A stretch of 64,000 nt of DNA. Source: Poseidonia sp. (GTDB taxonomy: Archaea > Thermoplasmatota > Poseidoniia > Poseidoniales > Poseidoniaceae). The notes under the pieces are model-generated. The model did no database searches and was not told the DNA's origin. It was given only the letters and a program-made list of their open reading frames with translations. This document shows positions 61,659 through 64,000 of the stretch, one piece after another (the stretch's first letter is position 1; each line of letters starts with the position of its first letter). The stretch covers positions 1 through 64,000 of the forward strand of contig CBFIDD010000006.1 in NCBI GenBank assembly GCA_965661285.1. Direction: 5' to 3'. Both the position numbers and the translations under genes were made by a program.

Positions 61659-64000
61659 TCAGAACTTGCTTCCACCACGACTCCGAGCTGTCTTCACACC
61701 GCCGTACACCACCAAGATGGCGAGCAAGGCGATCAACAGGGTCATCCAGGCCGATTCACCGTCAGCCGAAGATTCGATGTTGTATTCCAGAGCGAAGTCA
61801 TCAGCGTCCGGTATGGATTCCACGCTTTCAGCCTCAGCACCAGCTACTTCCATGCGATAGTCAAACCGCTGATTACCGGGATTGAACGACATGCCCTCAA
61901 AGACAGCCGTGCCTTCTCCGCCTGCGGGGACAGAAATGGTTTGCGACATCTCTGCGCCGCCGGGCGGGGTCAAGTAGACAATCACCGACGGGGCGTCGAG
62001 CAGTCCCTCGTTCTTCACGGGCACGCGGACAGCGCCGTCCTGACCTGCAATCAAGTCCGAAGCCGTAGCGATGTCTGCGGTGTTGAGGGTGAGTTTGATG
62101 GTCGCCTTTTGGATGCTGACAACCACTTCTTCACGCTCAACATCGTCACTCTGACTGTTGACATACACAGTCAGGTCAAAGTTGCCCTCGGCGAAAGATG
62201 CGGGAGCGAACACAGTAAATTGTTGCGTACGGGTTTCGCCCTTGTTCAATGTCAGCGTCGAGGTCATCGGGGTGACCGACCAGTCGGCTGGTATACCGCT
62301 TTCAAGCAACTCAATGCTAAAGGAATCCTGGCCGTTTCCATCGTTGGTCAAATCAAAGGAGAATTGACGCTCGATGAGGGCGGACATACCGACTTCTTCC
62401 GTAGCCTCAGAGATGGAGAAGCCATACGTCTGTGGCACGAAGACCTTCACAGAAGCCTGTGAGGACTCGCCAAGGTCGGTTTGCAAGCGCATTGTCATGC
62501 GGTGGCCGTTGGTTAATTTCCAAGCATCCTCAACACCGGGGAGCGTAATCTGAACCTTGATGTTCTCAGAGAGAACGGCCGGTGTTTCGGCGTCTCCAAT
62601 GCCCAAAGCAACGCTGATGCTGTCTTCGTACGATTCGCTCGTTTCGTTGTAGAATTGAACGGTCCACAGGTCAGAATCCTGTGCAAGGCCCATCTCTCCG
62701 GTTACGGAGAACACGTCCATCAGTTCGGTGCCGTTGTACACCAAATCGTAGTCAAAGGTGATGGTTGAGTAAGCCGATTCGTTCGTGGTCGACACCGTAG
62801 CTTCAATTTCTGAATCGGATGCACTTAGCAGAGAGGCGCCAACAAGTGAAGCCTCGCCAAAGGTGATGTCAACAGCGGAATTCACTCGGCGGTTGTACTG
62901 CAGGGTCGCAGAGATGGTTGAATCAGCGGAGACTGAAGTGGTCTGACCACCGTAGTATTCCATCTCGAGGTTGGTGCTGTGTTGGACCGTCATGAATTCA
63001 CTGTCGAAGGCTACGCTGCCTTCAGGGAACAGTTCGCGAATCTCGCCGTCGGCGGGTACATCCATCACCCATGACAGTTCGTCAAAGGTGACTTCTATTT
63101 GCACCTCATCACTGATCATGCTCGCGCCATCACCATCAGAACCAGCGTCATGCTCGTTTTGTTCGATATCCGTCCACGCTGTGGTCAATTCAACATAGCC
63201 ACCAAGGGCCATGACCATGGTGATGTTTCCACCGTCGGAAACAGAGGCATCCAACAATCCGATAGCTACACCACCGCCGTTGAAACCGGGTTCAGACTCT
63301 GTGACTATAACCACCCATTCACCAGGCTGGACGCTGCTCGTCCATTCCAGGACGCTTCCGTTCATTGTACCGTCAACGTGGATGGGTTCACGCTCAACAC
63401 CCGCAACCGGGTAGAGAACGATGTTCGCGTTAACAAGGCGGGCAGCATCAACTTGGTCGGTAACGCTTCCTTGAACGTCAACCGAGCCAGCAGTCACTTC
63501 AATGTCTGTGGAGTCTGGACTGTCATGGACGGTATATCCGGATTGGTTTTGCGTCTCGTAATACACGGTTTCGAATCCTTCGCGCTCGACCGTGACGTTG
63601 TACACATCGCGAATAGGGACAAACACCCGCCAAACACCCTCGTCGTCCGTCATGACGGTTTCAAAGAATGACGTGTTGTCTCCTTGTACGGTCACGCTCA
63701 TGTCGGGAAGTCCTTCGTTCAGGCTTGGCGCACTGTTGTTGTCAAGATCCCAGTAGACCTTTCCACCGATCTCGACCTCAAGGGTGGCGAATTCGGGCTC
63801 AAGTATGAGGCGGTTGTCGGTGGCCGACGTCGTGGTAAATGATCGCTCGCTGGTGTCCAAGAACCAAGATTTTCCACCGACCGTGCGGTTGAGGTACAGG
63901 CTCCACGTCCCGGGCATCAGTAATTCAGTCGAGTTCCCATCAACATCGGTTCGCTCAAACGTGATGTTGCCAAGACCATCGTGGCTGACAGCGGTAACCG
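61659..64000 (-). CDS. C-terminal part of a large surface protein with carboxypeptidase-regulatory-like/Ig repeats and C-terminal TM (truncated by window end)
   Basis: Frame stays open from 63998; TDDEG.W...P...Y.V modules, N.GN modules, terminal TM with basic tail. Confidence 0.85.
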   Translation of the reverse strand, partial: VTAVSHDGLGNITFERTDVDGNSTELLMPGTWSLYLNRTVGGKSWFLDTSERSFTTTSATDNRLILEPEFATLEVEIGGKVYWDLDNNSAPSLNEGLPDMSVTVQGDNTSFFETVMTDDEGVWRVFVPIRDVYNVTVEREGFETVYYETQNQSGYTVHDSPDSTDIEVTAGSVDVQGSVTDQVDAARLVNANIVLYPVAGVEREPIHVDGTMNGSVLEWTSSVQPGEWVVIVTESEPGFNGGGVAIGLLDASVSDGGNITMVMALGGYVELTTAWTDIEQNEHDAGSDGDGASMISDEVQIEVTFDELSWVMDVPADGEIRELFPEGSVAFDSEFMTVQHSTNLEMEYYGGQTTSVSADSTISATLQYNRRVNSAVDITFGEASLVGASLLSASDSEIEATVSTTNESAYSTITFDYDLVYNGTELMDVFSVTGEMGLAQDSDLWTVQFYNETSESYEDSISVALGIGDAETPAVLSENIKVQITLPGVEDAWKLTNGHRMTMRLQTDLGESSQASVKVFVPQTYGFSISEATEEVGMSALIERQFSFDLTNDGNGQDSFSIELLESGIPADWSVTPMTSTLTLNKGETRTQQFTVFAPASFAEGNFDLTVYVNSQSDDVEREEVVVSIQKATIKLTLNTADIATASDLIAGQDGAVRVPVKNEGLLDAPSVIVYLTPPGGAEMSQTISVPAGGEGTAVFEGMSFNPGNQRFDYRMEVAGAEAESVESIPDADDFALEYNIESSADGESAWMTLLIALLAILVVYGGVKTARSRGGSKF

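Noticed and set aside
61659-64000. Assignment as the C-terminus of an extended AglB/STT3
   Set aside because: Plausible from repeat type, but no WWDxG or other STT3 motif lies inside the window

Overview
Gene-dense, fairly GC-rich archaeal DNA. Gene content and style point to Thermoplasmatota, most likely Marine Group II (Poseidoniales); this is inferred, not searched. The window opens with the 5' half of an unlinked 23S rRNA gene (minus strand). Housekeeping genes follow (rnp4, yhbY-like, adk, type II gap, pheT, rnhB, gltX, rps15, arcS, dnaJ), interleaved with many large membrane-anchored surface proteins: two S8 peptidases, Ig-like/CARDB proteins, a 1.9k-aa DxDxDG calcium-repeat protein, a beta-helix protein and three type IV pilin-like genes next to a wHTH-STAND-TPR regulator. 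No CRISPR array, tRNA or mobile element was seen. Most notable: (1) a shared cytoplasmic C-terminal module (PLPPxGLPxGW[TS]xEQWxxYG) on two otherwise unrelated giant surface proteins, suggesting a lineage-specific sorting or adaptor system; (2) a recurring non-canonical TATA-like element about 21-23 nt before start codons; (3) atypical S8 active-site residues; (4) a pyroglutamyl peptidase-NUDIX fusion; (5) an OCA2/P-protein-like transporter.
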